Shown here: in pieces, positions 36,542 through 45,245 of the stretch | Layout: every line of letters begins with the position of its first letter | Position numbering within the stretch: the first letter of the stretch is position 1 | Source: an uncultured delta proteobacterium | GTDB taxonomy: Bacteria; Desulfobacterota; Desulfobacteria; Desulfobacterales; JAHEIW01 | Length of the DNA stretch: 64,000 nucleotides | Reading direction: 5' to 3' | NCBI GenBank assembly: GCA_963706575.1 | Contig: CAVPNL010000009.1 | Coordinates: forward strand, 96,001-160,000 | Program-made: the position numbers and the translations under genes | The notes under the pieces: model-generated | Told to the model about the DNA's origin: nothing | Database searches by the model: none | What the model saw: the letters and a program-made list of their open reading frames with translations, nothing else

Positions 36542-37471
36542 TCATGATGAGGAAGGCTCCCCGTTTAAGTATGGTTTCAAGGCTGCATATATGGCAAAAT
36601 TAATCGGCGTCGGGATCCCATGCTCGCTTCCTAAGCGAACGACCGTTCCATTCAAAACCTCCAGCTCCAGGCGCCGGCCGGCGGCCAGGTCATAATACAT
36701 CGAGCCCCGCACCGATGGCTCCACGCTGCTAAAAAAGTTCATGGATTGATCCACACAGCCCTCAGGCAAGTTCGCACCGCTCGCCCGCGCAACCGCTTCG
36801 ACTTCTTCCATGGTGCCCCTCATCAGATTATGCGTTTCCCTGCATGCGACTATTTCTCCCATCGGCAAACGTGTCAGGGCGGTAATGCCGTTTACGCCGC
36901 AGATTCCGAGGAATTTTTGCCATAGGGCAACCTGAATATCTGAATGAAGCTCTGCCGTGATCTTCGAATTTTGCAATGTGTTTTGGAGGGCCTCAGTGCG
37001 AGCGCTTGTACCGCCTTGCATCTCTCCAAAAACAAGTGTTCCGGGGCCCCCCGTCTGAGCAATGACCCCGGGAGATTTGATTGTTGAAGACACATAAGAA
37101 ACACAACCCACAACGTGTTGAGGCCCAACGACCTTCCCAATTTGTTCCTCATTGTCGATGCCGTTTTGCACCGAAAGAACGACGGTTTCCGGCCCGATTA
37201 AAGGACGAATCTGCTCCGCGGCCGCAGCATTATCGTAAGCTTTGACACAGAATAAGACACAGTCGACAGGAGCAATTTCATCGGGATTATCGGTGGCTGT
37301 GGCCTGAATGCTAAAATCACCTGCCAAAACGGATTTTATCGCAAGGCCGTTTTTGCGAATGGCTTCCAGATGAGCCCCCCGTGCAATAAATGCAACCTCT
37401 TCACCGGCCCGGGCCAGCAGGCCTCCGAAGTAGCCGCCCGTTCCCCCGGTCCCCATTACAGCGATACGCAT
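36542..37471 (-). CDS. panE: 2-dehydropantoate 2-reductase (ketopantoate reductase family)
   Basis: MRIAVMGTGGTGGYFG, VKAYD, VQNGID, LWQKF and SMYYDLAAGRRLELEVLNG. Confidence 0.9.
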   Translation of the reverse strand: MRIAVMGTGGTGGYFGGLLARAGEEVAFIARGAHLEAIRKNGLAIKSVLAGDFSIQATATDNPDEIAPVDCVLFCVKAYDNAAAAEQIRPLIGPETVVLSVQNGIDNEEQIGKVVGPQHVVGCVSYVSSTIKSPGVIAQTGGPGTLVFGEMQGGTSARTEALQNTLQNSKITAELHSDIQVALWQKFLGICGVNGITALTRLPMGEIVACRETHNLMRGTMEEVEAVARASGANLPEGCVDQSMNFFSSVEPSVRGSMYYDLAAGRRLELEVLNGTVVRLGSEHGIPTPINFAIYAALKPYLNGEPSSS

Positions 37472-37854
37472 AATTGACCTCCTTTTGTTTACGATCAGTT
37501 AGGGTTTTATTTTTCAGGGTAGATCAGTTGTTTATATAATTAAATGAAGAATTGTCAAAATGAATGGGTAGCCCGAGATGTGTTGGCGGCTTCAGGTCAA
37601 GTTGACAGGACAGGCGGAAGCGGACCCAAAATATAGGCGAAGGCAAAAGGACAATATTCTGAACAGGTATCAATTGCTGAAAAGGCCGGCTTTTGGATAC
37701 TACATGGTGGCATACAGGTCAAGTGAATAATTTCCGTTTTCATTAGTGCAACCTATTGAAAGCTTTAGCCACGAATCACATTTAATTGACTGTTAACGGT
37801 TTTTATGAAATGAAGATCTAATCTTTATCAACTTATACTGGAAAATTTATTTAA

Positions 37855-39234
37855 ATGAATGACAGAGCCACCAAATTAACCGCCCTGACGATTGCATCGT
37901 TAAGTTCATTTATCACGCCTTTCATGATCTCATCGATCAACATCGCGCTGCCGGTAATCGGAAAGGAATTTAAAACCGACGCCGTCGTCTTAAGCTGGGT
38001 GGCGACATCTTATCTGCTGGCGGCGGCCGTGTCTCTGGTGCCATTTGGCAAGCTGGCCGATATTTACGGCCGCAAGAAAATCTATATGCTCGGGATGGGG
38101 CTTTTTACCCTGACATCCCTGCTGTCTGCCGTTGCGACCTCGGCGCCCATGCTGATTATTTTTCGGATATTTCAGGGCGCCGGCAGTGCCATGGTTTTTG
38201 TCACTGGAATTGCGATTTTAAGCTCGGTTTATCCGGTTGAAGAACGGGGTAAGGTACTGGGAATCGCCGTAGCCGCAGTATACATTGGGTTGTCCTGCGG
38301 CCCGTTTTTCGGTGGGTTTTTAACCCAACATCTGAGCTGGCGGAGCATTTTTCTGATCAATATTCCCTTCGGTGTGCTTATCATCCTGCTCATTATTTTT
38401 AAATTAAAAGGCGAGTGGAAAGGCGCGGAAGGCCAAAAATTCGATCTCACCGGCTCCATCATTTACGGCACCGCCATTTTTGCGTTTATGTACGGCATCT
38501 CAATTTTGCCTGCCACCATGAGTATCATTTTAATTCTAACGGGCGTTGCCGGGCTTGTCGCTTTTGTTAAGTGGGAACTGGTGGTGGCGAGCCCGGTATT
38601 TGAGGTCAATCTTTTTGTCACTAACCGGACGTATGCCTATTCCTGTTTGGCGGCGTTGATTAATTACAGCGCCACCTTCGCCGTTACGTTTTTGCTCAGT
38701 TTTTACTTGCAATACATCAAAGGAATGCCACCCCAGGGTGCCGGGGTGGTGCTGGTTTCAACCCCGATTATGATGGCCATTTTTTCTCCGCTGGCGGGCC
38801 GGCTTTCCGACCGGGTCGAGCCGCGCGTAATTTCATCGCTGGGTATGGGCCTGACGGCATTGGGACTGGTGCTTTTAATTGTGCTGAATGCGCATACGGC
38901 GCTGGCTTATATCATTGCCAGTCTGATGATTCTGGGCTTTGGTTTTGCGCTGTTTTCATCTCCCAACATGAATGCGATTATGAGCTCGGTGGATAAACGT
39001 TTTTACGGGATTGCCTCGGCCTCGGTGGGAACCATGCGTCTTTTAGGCCAGATGCTGAGTATGGGGATTGTAACTTTGATTTTTTCCCTGTTTATCGGTA
39101 GGGCCCAGATTACACCGCAATATTATCCGATGCTAATCAAAAGTGTGCGGGTCGCGTTTATTGTTTTTTCCTGCTTTTGTGTGGGTGGGATTTTCTTTTC
39201 GCTGTATCGCGGCCGGCTGCGGCCGGGTGATTGA
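37855..39234 (+). CDS. MFS transporter (DHA2 / EmrB-QacA-like, 14 TM)
   Basis: INIALPVI, GKLADIYGRKK, RIFQGAG, WRSIFLINIP and GRLSDRV. Confidence 0.92.
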   Translation: MNDRATKLTALTIASLSSFITPFMISSINIALPVIGKEFKTDAVVLSWVATSYLLAAAVSLVPFGKLADIYGRKKIYMLGMGLFTLTSLLSAVATSAPMLIIFRIFQGAGSAMVFVTGIAILSSVYPVEERGKVLGIAVAAVYIGLSCGPFFGGFLTQHLSWRSIFLINIPFGVLIILLIIFKLKGEWKGAEGQKFDLTGSIIYGTAIFAFMYGISILPATMSIILILTGVAGLVAFVKWELVVASPVFEVNLFVTNRTYAYSCLAALINYSATFAVTFLLSFYLQYIKGMPPQGAGVVLVSTPIMMAIFSPLAGRLSDRVEPRVISSLGMGLTALGLVLLIVLNAHTALAYIIASLMILGFGFALFSSPNMNAIMSSVDKRFYGIASASVGTMRLLGQMLSMGIVTLIFSLFIGRAQITPQYYPMLIKSVRVAFIVFSCFCVGGIFFSLYRGRLRPGD

Positions 39235-39244
39235 TTTGATTAAG

Positions 39245-39323
39245 TTCACCGCAGAGACGCAGAGCGCGCAGAGATGCTTTTTCTTTTTGCCCTACTCTGC
39301 GACCTCTGCGTCTCTGCGGTGAA
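39245..39323. repeat. Inverted-arm element TTCACCGCAGAG...CTCTGCGGTGAA
   Basis: Perfect 20-bp inverted repeat built from CGCAGAG units, between convergent genes. Confidence 0.85.
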
Positions 39324-39325
39324 TT

Positions 39326-39907
39326 CTATTCCACGTTGCCTTTCAAGCCGATCTCTGCGGCCACTTCGCGCATGCCCATGATGGTGTCGCTGATCAGCTC
39401 GGAAAGCTCAACTCCCAGCATTTCGGCACCCTTTTCTATGATGGAACGATCGACCCCGGCGGCAAACTGTTTTTGCTTCCATTTCTTTTTAACGGACTTG
39501 GCTTTCATATCCATCACGCTTTTTGAGGGCCGCACCAATGCGGAAGTGACCACCAGCCCGGTGAGCTCATCGATGGCATACAGGACCTTTTCCATATCCG
39601 ATTCAGGCTTGACATCGCTGCAAATTCCCCAGCCGTGGCTGACCACCGCGCGGATATACTCTTCGGGCCAGTCATTTTCCTTTAGAATTTCCTCGGTTTT
39701 TTTGCAGTGCTGATCCGGAAACTGTTCATAGTCCAGGTCGTGAATCAGGCCGATCACGCCCCATTTTTCCTCGTCCTTACCCCGTTTGCGGGCAATGTAG
39801 CGCATGACGCCTTCCACAGCCATCGCATGTTTTATCAGGCTTTCGTTTTTGTTGTATTGCCTCAGAAGCGCCAGTGCTTCCTCCCGGGTAGGCGTTTGTG
39901 AGCCCAT
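39326..39907 (-). CDS. HD-domain (HDIG) hydrolase
   Basis: KHAMAV, GLIHDLDYE, AVVSHG and AIDELTG. Confidence 0.88.
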   Translation of the reverse strand: MGSQTPTREEALALLRQYNKNESLIKHAMAVEGVMRYIARKRGKDEEKWGVIGLIHDLDYEQFPDQHCKKTEEILKENDWPEEYIRAVVSHGWGICSDVKPESDMEKVLYAIDELTGLVVTSALVRPSKSVMDMKAKSVKKKWKQKQFAAGVDRSIIEKGAEMLGVELSELISDTIMGMREVAAEIGLKGNVE

Positions 39908-40105
39908 GTGAATCCCTCCTCATCGTGAATGTATTTATAGTTAATGCGATAATTGAATAACACGTATCCCGCAGCAGTCAAGCCATATTGTTTATTTGCT
40001 CTTGATCCTTTCGACCTGACCGGCTATTTTGATTTCGAACCCTGGATTTCACGCGGAATACATCTTCTCTGCGGATGAAGATGCCCGGCAGAAAGGACGC
40101 TGAGC

Positions 40106-41794
40106 TTGAAAACCACGCTGGATTCTTCTTTTCAGAAAATCCATCTCATTGAACTTTATCTTCGCAATGTCGGCGCCAATCTTATAGGTTTTTTTATCAT
40201 TGCCCTGCTCAACCTTTTCACTCCGCTTGAATTTTTTAAAATCCAAAAGGCCTTTCTGTTGGCCGGCGGCTGGATGGTGATCCTTGCTCTTTATCCCTTC
40301 GTGATTTGCATCGGAATTACGCTGCAATATATCATCCAGCGTCCAATTACGCAGATGATAAACCGCATGCGCCAGGGGTTTAACATTGAAGCCGCTCTTG
40401 AGGAAAAGGCCAGGCGCCGGATATTGAATTTGCCGGTTACGATTGGCCTGGTCAATCTTGCCATGTGGGTCGGTTTAACGGCTCTGTTAGGGGCATTTTT
40501 CCTGATATTTAGAGACGCAACACTCAAGATGGGTTTTTTTGTGCAGTTTCGCGGGTTCATGGTCGGTTACATTTCCGCCATACTTTCATTTTATCTGGTG
40601 GAAGCTTATTGCAGAAGACGGCTGGTTCGGATTCTATTCCCCGAAGGCAAGCTGGCAGTCATACCGGGGACCGTAAAATTTTCAATACTCAGAAGAATCC
40701 GGGTACTTTATAGTGTCGGCACCCTGGCACCCATGATTATTCTGGTTGGCACCCTTGCATTTATTTTATGGGAGATGGAAGGGGCCGACATTTCAGCTGC
40801 TGAATTTGGTCGGGAGTTCCTTATTTTTTCAATTGTTCTGTGTGCTATTTTTTTCTTTGTTGGTGGCAGATTGAACGTCCTTTCCGGAAAATCGATTATT
40901 CAACCCATTACCGACATGATGGTGCTGGTCCGCCGGGTGAGGAAAGGGCACTTCAAGCAAAAGGTGCGGGTGGTTTCCAATGATGAACTGGGTATTTTAG
41001 GCGACGGCTTAAACGAAATGACCGAAGGTCTGATTGAGCGGGATCAGATACGGCATTCGCTGCATCTGGCCGAGGAAGTTCAGCAAACCCTTTTACCCCG
41101 GGAGAATCCCAAAGTAGACGGGTTGGATGTTGCGGCGACAATTGTATATTGTGATGAAACCGGAGGCGATTATTATGATTACCTGGATACCCGTGAAACA
41201 TACCCCGGGAGTTTCACCATGGCCATCGGGGATGTATCCGGCCATGGTATTCCGTCTGCCCTGATGATGGCGACTGCAAGGGCTTTTCTCAGGCAGCGCT
41301 CGGTGCTGCCGGGAACTCCGGCAGACATAGTATCCGATGTTAACTACCAGATCACCAGAGATTTTGCAGAGTCAGGCGGTTTTATGACGCTGTTTTATCT
41401 GTCAATTGACCCGGCAAATCAAAGCCTTTGCTGGGTTCGCGCCGGACACGATCCGGCCATTTTTTATGATCCGGCACTCGACAGATTTGATGAGCTTCGC
41501 GGTGCGGGTATGGCCCTGGGCGTGGATGCCGGCCGCCGCTATAAGGAATTTCAGAAATCCGACCTCAAAGAGGGTCAGGTCATTCTACTGGGGTCCGACG
41601 GGCTCTGGGAGGCGCGCAATCCTCAAGGAAAAATGTTCGGAAAGGAGCCCATCCATCAAATCATTCGCCAGTCTCCCGCTGCAAACGCCAGAGAAATTCT
41701 GACCGCCTGTTTTAATCGCTTCAATGTTTTTCTGGGAGACCGTGCACCCGAAGATGATGTTACCCTGGTGGTGATTAGGATTACAAAGGATTAA
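40106..41794 (+). CDS. Membrane HAMP + SpoIIE/PP2C (RsbU-like) phosphatase
   Basis: About six TM helices, SNDELGIL HAMP, GGDYYD, GDVSGHG, RAGH, SDGLWEA and EDDVTLVV. Confidence 0.92.
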   Translation: MKTTLDSSFQKIHLIELYLRNVGANLIGFFIIALLNLFTPLEFFKIQKAFLLAGGWMVILALYPFVICIGITLQYIIQRPITQMINRMRQGFNIEAALEEKARRRILNLPVTIGLVNLAMWVGLTALLGAFFLIFRDATLKMGFFVQFRGFMVGYISAILSFYLVEAYCRRRLVRILFPEGKLAVIPGTVKFSILRRIRVLYSVGTLAPMIILVGTLAFILWEMEGADISAAEFGREFLIFSIVLCAIFFFVGGRLNVLSGKSIIQPITDMMVLVRRVRKGHFKQKVRVVSNDELGILGDGLNEMTEGLIERDQIRHSLHLAEEVQQTLLPRENPKVDGLDVAATIVYCDETGGDYYDYLDTRETYPGSFTMAIGDVSGHGIPSALMMATARAFLRQRSVLPGTPADIVSDVNYQITRDFAESGGFMTLFYLSIDPANQSLCWVRAGHDPAIFYDPALDRFDELRGAGMALGVDAGRRYKEFQKSDLKEGQVILLGSDGLWEARNPQGKMFGKEPIHQIIRQSPAANAREILTACFNRFNVFLGDRAPEDDVTLVVIRITKD

Positions 41795-41802
41795 GCGTTG
41801 AT

Positions 41803-41994
41803 TAGAGTGACTAAAGTTTCAAGTGATCTAAAGTGACTAAAGTTGAGGAATTCTGTCATTTTTATAAATGATGGAGCGCCACTCGGTGCAAGCGCCTACG
41901 CTGCGCGAGCGACACCTGAATTTTAGGCACTGTTTTTTTATTTGGTGTTTGGCCGCGTCCATGCTAAACACGAAATACTAAACACCAAACACTA
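41803..41994. repeat. Second copy of the 22517 element followed by a TAAACAC heptamer array
   Basis: Shared core as for 22517; then atttggtgtttgg ... taaacac gaaatac taaacac caaacac. Confidence 0.8.
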
Positions 41995-42027
41995 AGCACT
42001 AAGATTTTCTATCAAAGGAGGTATTCT

Positions 42028-42813
42028 ATGGCCCCTGGGATCGATAAGCTCAGTCAATTTGCGATGGACGCTATTCATCAGGCCGGTGAAAAAGCGATGG
42101 CTTATTACGGCAAGGGCAAACCACAGGTGAAATTTGATCAAAGCGTGGTTACCGAGGCCGAAAATCAGCTGACCGATGTGTTTCAAAATCGGCTGGATCG
42201 GGAATTTCCCGAGCATCAGATTTTTCGTTTTGGCGAGGTAAACGAAGATTACTCCCATGGGCAAAAGCGGTACCTCTGGATATTTGACCCCCTCGAAGGG
42301 GTGGCCAATTTTCAGGCAGGCATTCCCATCTGGGGTATGTCCATTGCCTTATTGGATAATTTCTGGCCGATATTTGGTGTGTTTTACATGCCGGCCACCG
42401 GCGATTTGTTTCACGCCCGGGCAGGCAAAGACGCCTTCTGGGGCAGTGACAAGATTCGGATACCCAATGCCGATGTGATTGATAATGAAAGTCTTTTGTT
42501 GACCTATTCCCGATTCAACCAAAATTATCGGGCCACCTTTCCGGGTAAAATCCGATCTTTGGGGTGTGCATCCGCTCATATCTGTTACGTGGCCATGGGT
42601 CGCGCTGATGCCGCCATCACCACCAATGAGTCCTTTCAGGGATTGGCAGCCGCCCGGGTGATTTTAGAAGCCGCCGGCGGAAAAATCTGTAAATTTGATG
42701 GAAGCGATTTCCACCTCAATGAATACCTGGACGGACAACGCATCAGCGATCATCTTATCGTGGCTTCTCCGGAAAATCTTTCTCAGGTGAGAAGTTTTCT
42801 AAAACCGCAATAG
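42028..42813 (+). CDS. Inositol monophosphatase family protein (divergent)
   Basis: VVTEAE, WIFDPLEGVANF, RSLGCAS and ILEAAGG; the usual WD motif is replaced by FQG. Confidence 0.85.
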   Translation: MAPGIDKLSQFAMDAIHQAGEKAMAYYGKGKPQVKFDQSVVTEAENQLTDVFQNRLDREFPEHQIFRFGEVNEDYSHGQKRYLWIFDPLEGVANFQAGIPIWGMSIALLDNFWPIFGVFYMPATGDLFHARAGKDAFWGSDKIRIPNADVIDNESLLLTYSRFNQNYRATFPGKIRSLGCASAHICYVAMGRADAAITTNESFQGLAAARVILEAAGGKICKFDGSDFHLNEYLDGQRISDHLIVASPENLSQVRSFLKPQ

Positions 42814-42821
42814 CAGTGTCT

Positions 42822-42983
42822 GGTTTTGAGCGTTTAAAAGCGTTTATGAAGGCGAATGCAGACCTTCCTGCAGATGCGTTCGCGGATACATTTATCGAGC
42901 ATTTATTCAACGGGTCCGGCAAACGTCCAGAAAAAACCCTTGAGGACGATCTGACCCTAATCGTAGTAGACTATCAGCATTGA
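42822..42983 (+). pseudogene. C-terminal remnant of a SpoIIE/PP2C phosphatase
   Basis: Manual translation: GFERLKAFMKANADLPADAFADTFIEHLFNGSGKRPEKTLEDDLTLIVVDYQH*. Confidence 0.6.
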
Positions 42984-43143
42984 GAAATGGTCAGAAAGCG
43001 AAGCGCAAATTATTAAATCAGGCGATGGCACAAATTAAATCCGAACGGAATTTACTCGAGAACGAATATATTCGCATTGTCTCATAGTCGATTTTAACGC
43101 TATCCTAAAAATGCAGCAATTCAAATGAGCTAACGCTTTGGGC

Positions 43144-43216
43144 CTCACGCAAAGGCGCCAAGGTTTTTTTTTGTTATTTAAATTATAATCTTTGCGGCTT
43201 AGCGGCTTTGCGTGAG
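43144..43216. repeat. Inverted-arm element CTCACGCAAAG...CTTTGCGTGAG
   Basis: Perfect 11-bp terminal inverted repeat with internal GCGCCAAG / CTTAGCGG units. Confidence 0.7.
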
Positions 43217-43229
43217 CAATAATATAAAA

Positions 43230-43646
43230 ATGGACCTTAAATTTAGGAAAATACCGAGGCCGATCTATCTCAGATACATTATGCTGAATATCCCGGGATT
43301 GGCGGCTGTTATTTTGATTTTGATTATTATTCAGCACTGGGTCGTGCTGCCGGGATGGCTTTTCTGGAGTGTTATCGGGTTTTGGGTTGTCAAAGACGCG
43401 CTGCTGTTTCCCTTTGTCTGGCGGGCCTATGATTGGGAGCGACCCGGCCGGTCCCGGTCGATGATCGGCGGGCGCGGGATTGCCAAAGAGCGACTGGCAC
43501 CAGCGGGATATGTACAGGTCCACGGAGAGCTCTGGCGAGCGGTTAAAATTAATGACGGGCCACCGATTGAAATGGGGCAGTCCGTCAAGATTGTAAAGAT
43601 GGACGGGCTGACGCTGTTTGTCGAGTCGGTAACGCCTGGTCAATAA
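43230..43646 (+). CDS. NfeD-family membrane protein
   Basis: Two TM helices, then MIGGRG...GYVQVHGELWRA...VKIVKMDGLTLFV. Confidence 0.85.
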   Translation: MDLKFRKIPRPIYLRYIMLNIPGLAAVILILIIIQHWVVLPGWLFWSVIGFWVVKDALLFPFVWRAYDWERPGRSRSMIGGRGIAKERLAPAGYVQVHGELWRAVKINDGPPIEMGQSVKIVKMDGLTLFVESVTPGQ

Positions 43647-43678
43647 AATCCTAATTGAGCGGAAATCTGGAGGACAAC

Positions 43679-45103
43679 ATGAAGCGCTGGTTAAAGCGTA
43701 GTCTATTTGCTGTGGGGATTGCACTGATTATTTTACTGGTCGGCGCGGGCTGGTATCTGTCCGATACCCTTCCCATCGGCACAGGTCATACGGCCAAAAC
43801 CATCTGCTCCAATGTGTTTATCTCCGGGCGAGATGCGGCAGCCGTGTTTGAAGAAGACATTGCACCGATTCACTTTCTTTTTGCCTTAACGGATTTTAAA
43901 GTTGATCCGAATGAAAAATCCGTCAGTGCGGACTCTTTTGGTTTTGCTGAACGCACGGCTATTTACCGTGAAGGCCGCGGGTGTACGATTGTCAATGGCC
44001 TGATGGAAGATCAATTGAGGCAGCAAAAAATCGGCGACGTCAAACCTTTAAAATATTCACCTGAACAGCGCTCCAGGCGGCCATGGCCGGCCGGCAACCA
44101 TGGGCCGGTTGTATCTTTACCGGCGGGTGTCGATGCGGAAAAGCTCGCTAAGGCCATGGATGACGCTTTTGCCGAGCCCGGGCCCCAAAACAAGCGAAAG
44201 ACCCGCGCGGTGGTGGTGGTTTACAACGGCCAGCTGATTGCGGAACGTTATGCGCCCGGATTCGACCACAACACGCGTCAGTTGGGCTGGTCAATGAGCA
44301 AAAGCGTCACCAATGCCCTGGTGGGCATGCTGGTGCAACAGGGCAAGCTTGAACTGAACAGCCCGGCACCGGTACCCGAATGGCAAAAGGCAAACGACCC
44401 GCGCCAAAAAATTACCCTGGACCAGTTGTTGCGCATGAGCGCAGGGTTGGAGTTTAGCGAAGAATATGCGCCATTTTCCGATGCGGTGTATATGTTTTAC
44501 GATAGCTATGATTTTGCAGCCTATGCGGCAAATAAGCCGCTGGAAACCGAGCCCGACAAAAAATGGCACTACTCCAGTGGCTCGGCCAATATTGTTGCCC
44601 GGATCGTCCGGCAGACCATCGAAAAGGCGCATGAAAATTATTACGAATACCTCTACCAGAAGTTATTTCATAAAATTGAAATGCTCAGTATTGTGATGGA
44701 ACCGGATCCCTCCGGTACCTTTGTCGGCTCTTCTTATATGTTTGCGACTCCCAGAGACTGGGCGCGGTTCGGACTCTTGTATTTGCAGGACGGTGTTTGG
44801 AATGGAGAGCGGATTCTGCCCGTAGGCTGGGTGAAATATACCATCACACCCACATCCCGGGCGCCTCAGGGTGAATACGGGGCTTTGTTCTGGCTTAATG
44901 CCGGCGCGCCATCCGACGCATCCGATCGCATGATGGCTTCAGTACCGACGGATACCTTTTTTGCCCGGGGCTTCCAGGAACAGTGTGTATTTGTTGTTCC
45001 ATCGAAAAATCTGGTTTTGGTACGACTTGGCGCCACCTCTGATAAAAGTGCCTGGAATGATGAAGCGTTTGTTGCCGGTATGTTGGCGGCGTTACCGGAA
45101 TAG
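43679..45103 (+). CDS. Serine hydrolase, beta-lactamase class C-like family
   Basis: WSMSKS (SxxK), LLRMSAGL, WHYSSG and RDWARFG; N-terminal anchor. Confidence 0.88.
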   Translation: MKRWLKRSLFAVGIALIILLVGAGWYLSDTLPIGTGHTAKTICSNVFISGRDAAAVFEEDIAPIHFLFALTDFKVDPNEKSVSADSFGFAERTAIYREGRGCTIVNGLMEDQLRQQKIGDVKPLKYSPEQRSRRPWPAGNHGPVVSLPAGVDAEKLAKAMDDAFAEPGPQNKRKTRAVVVVYNGQLIAERYAPGFDHNTRQLGWSMSKSVTNALVGMLVQQGKLELNSPAPVPEWQKANDPRQKITLDQLLRMSAGLEFSEEYAPFSDAVYMFYDSYDFAAYAANKPLETEPDKKWHYSSGSANIVARIVRQTIEKAHENYYEYLYQKLFHKIEMLSIVMEPDPSGTFVGSSYMFATPRDWARFGLLYLQDGVWNGERILPVGWVKYTITPTSRAPQGEYGALFWLNAGAPSDASDRMMASVPTDTFFARGFQEQCVFVVPSKNLVLVRLGATSDKSAWNDEAFVAGMLAALPE

Positions 45104-45245
45104 GCTTTAATGTTTTTGCCTTGCTAAATGGCTGCGATTTATTTTGGACACCAATAAATTTGTGCTATAATTACAAGATACGCATGGTTTGTCTTGCCCC
45201 TTACCTCTTTGACGGTTAGCCTATCGTTACCGTGACGGCCGGGTT

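Noticed and set aside
37585..37725. Imperfect direct repeat GGYGGC..CAGGTCAAGT at about 37585 and 37706 between panE and the MFS gene
   Set aside because: Only two short copies; could be duplicated -35 elements or chance, and no structure or family could be assigned
43035..43724. 229-aa minus-strand ORF
   Set aside because: Antisense to the NfeD gene and runs through a repeat element; composition is not protein-like
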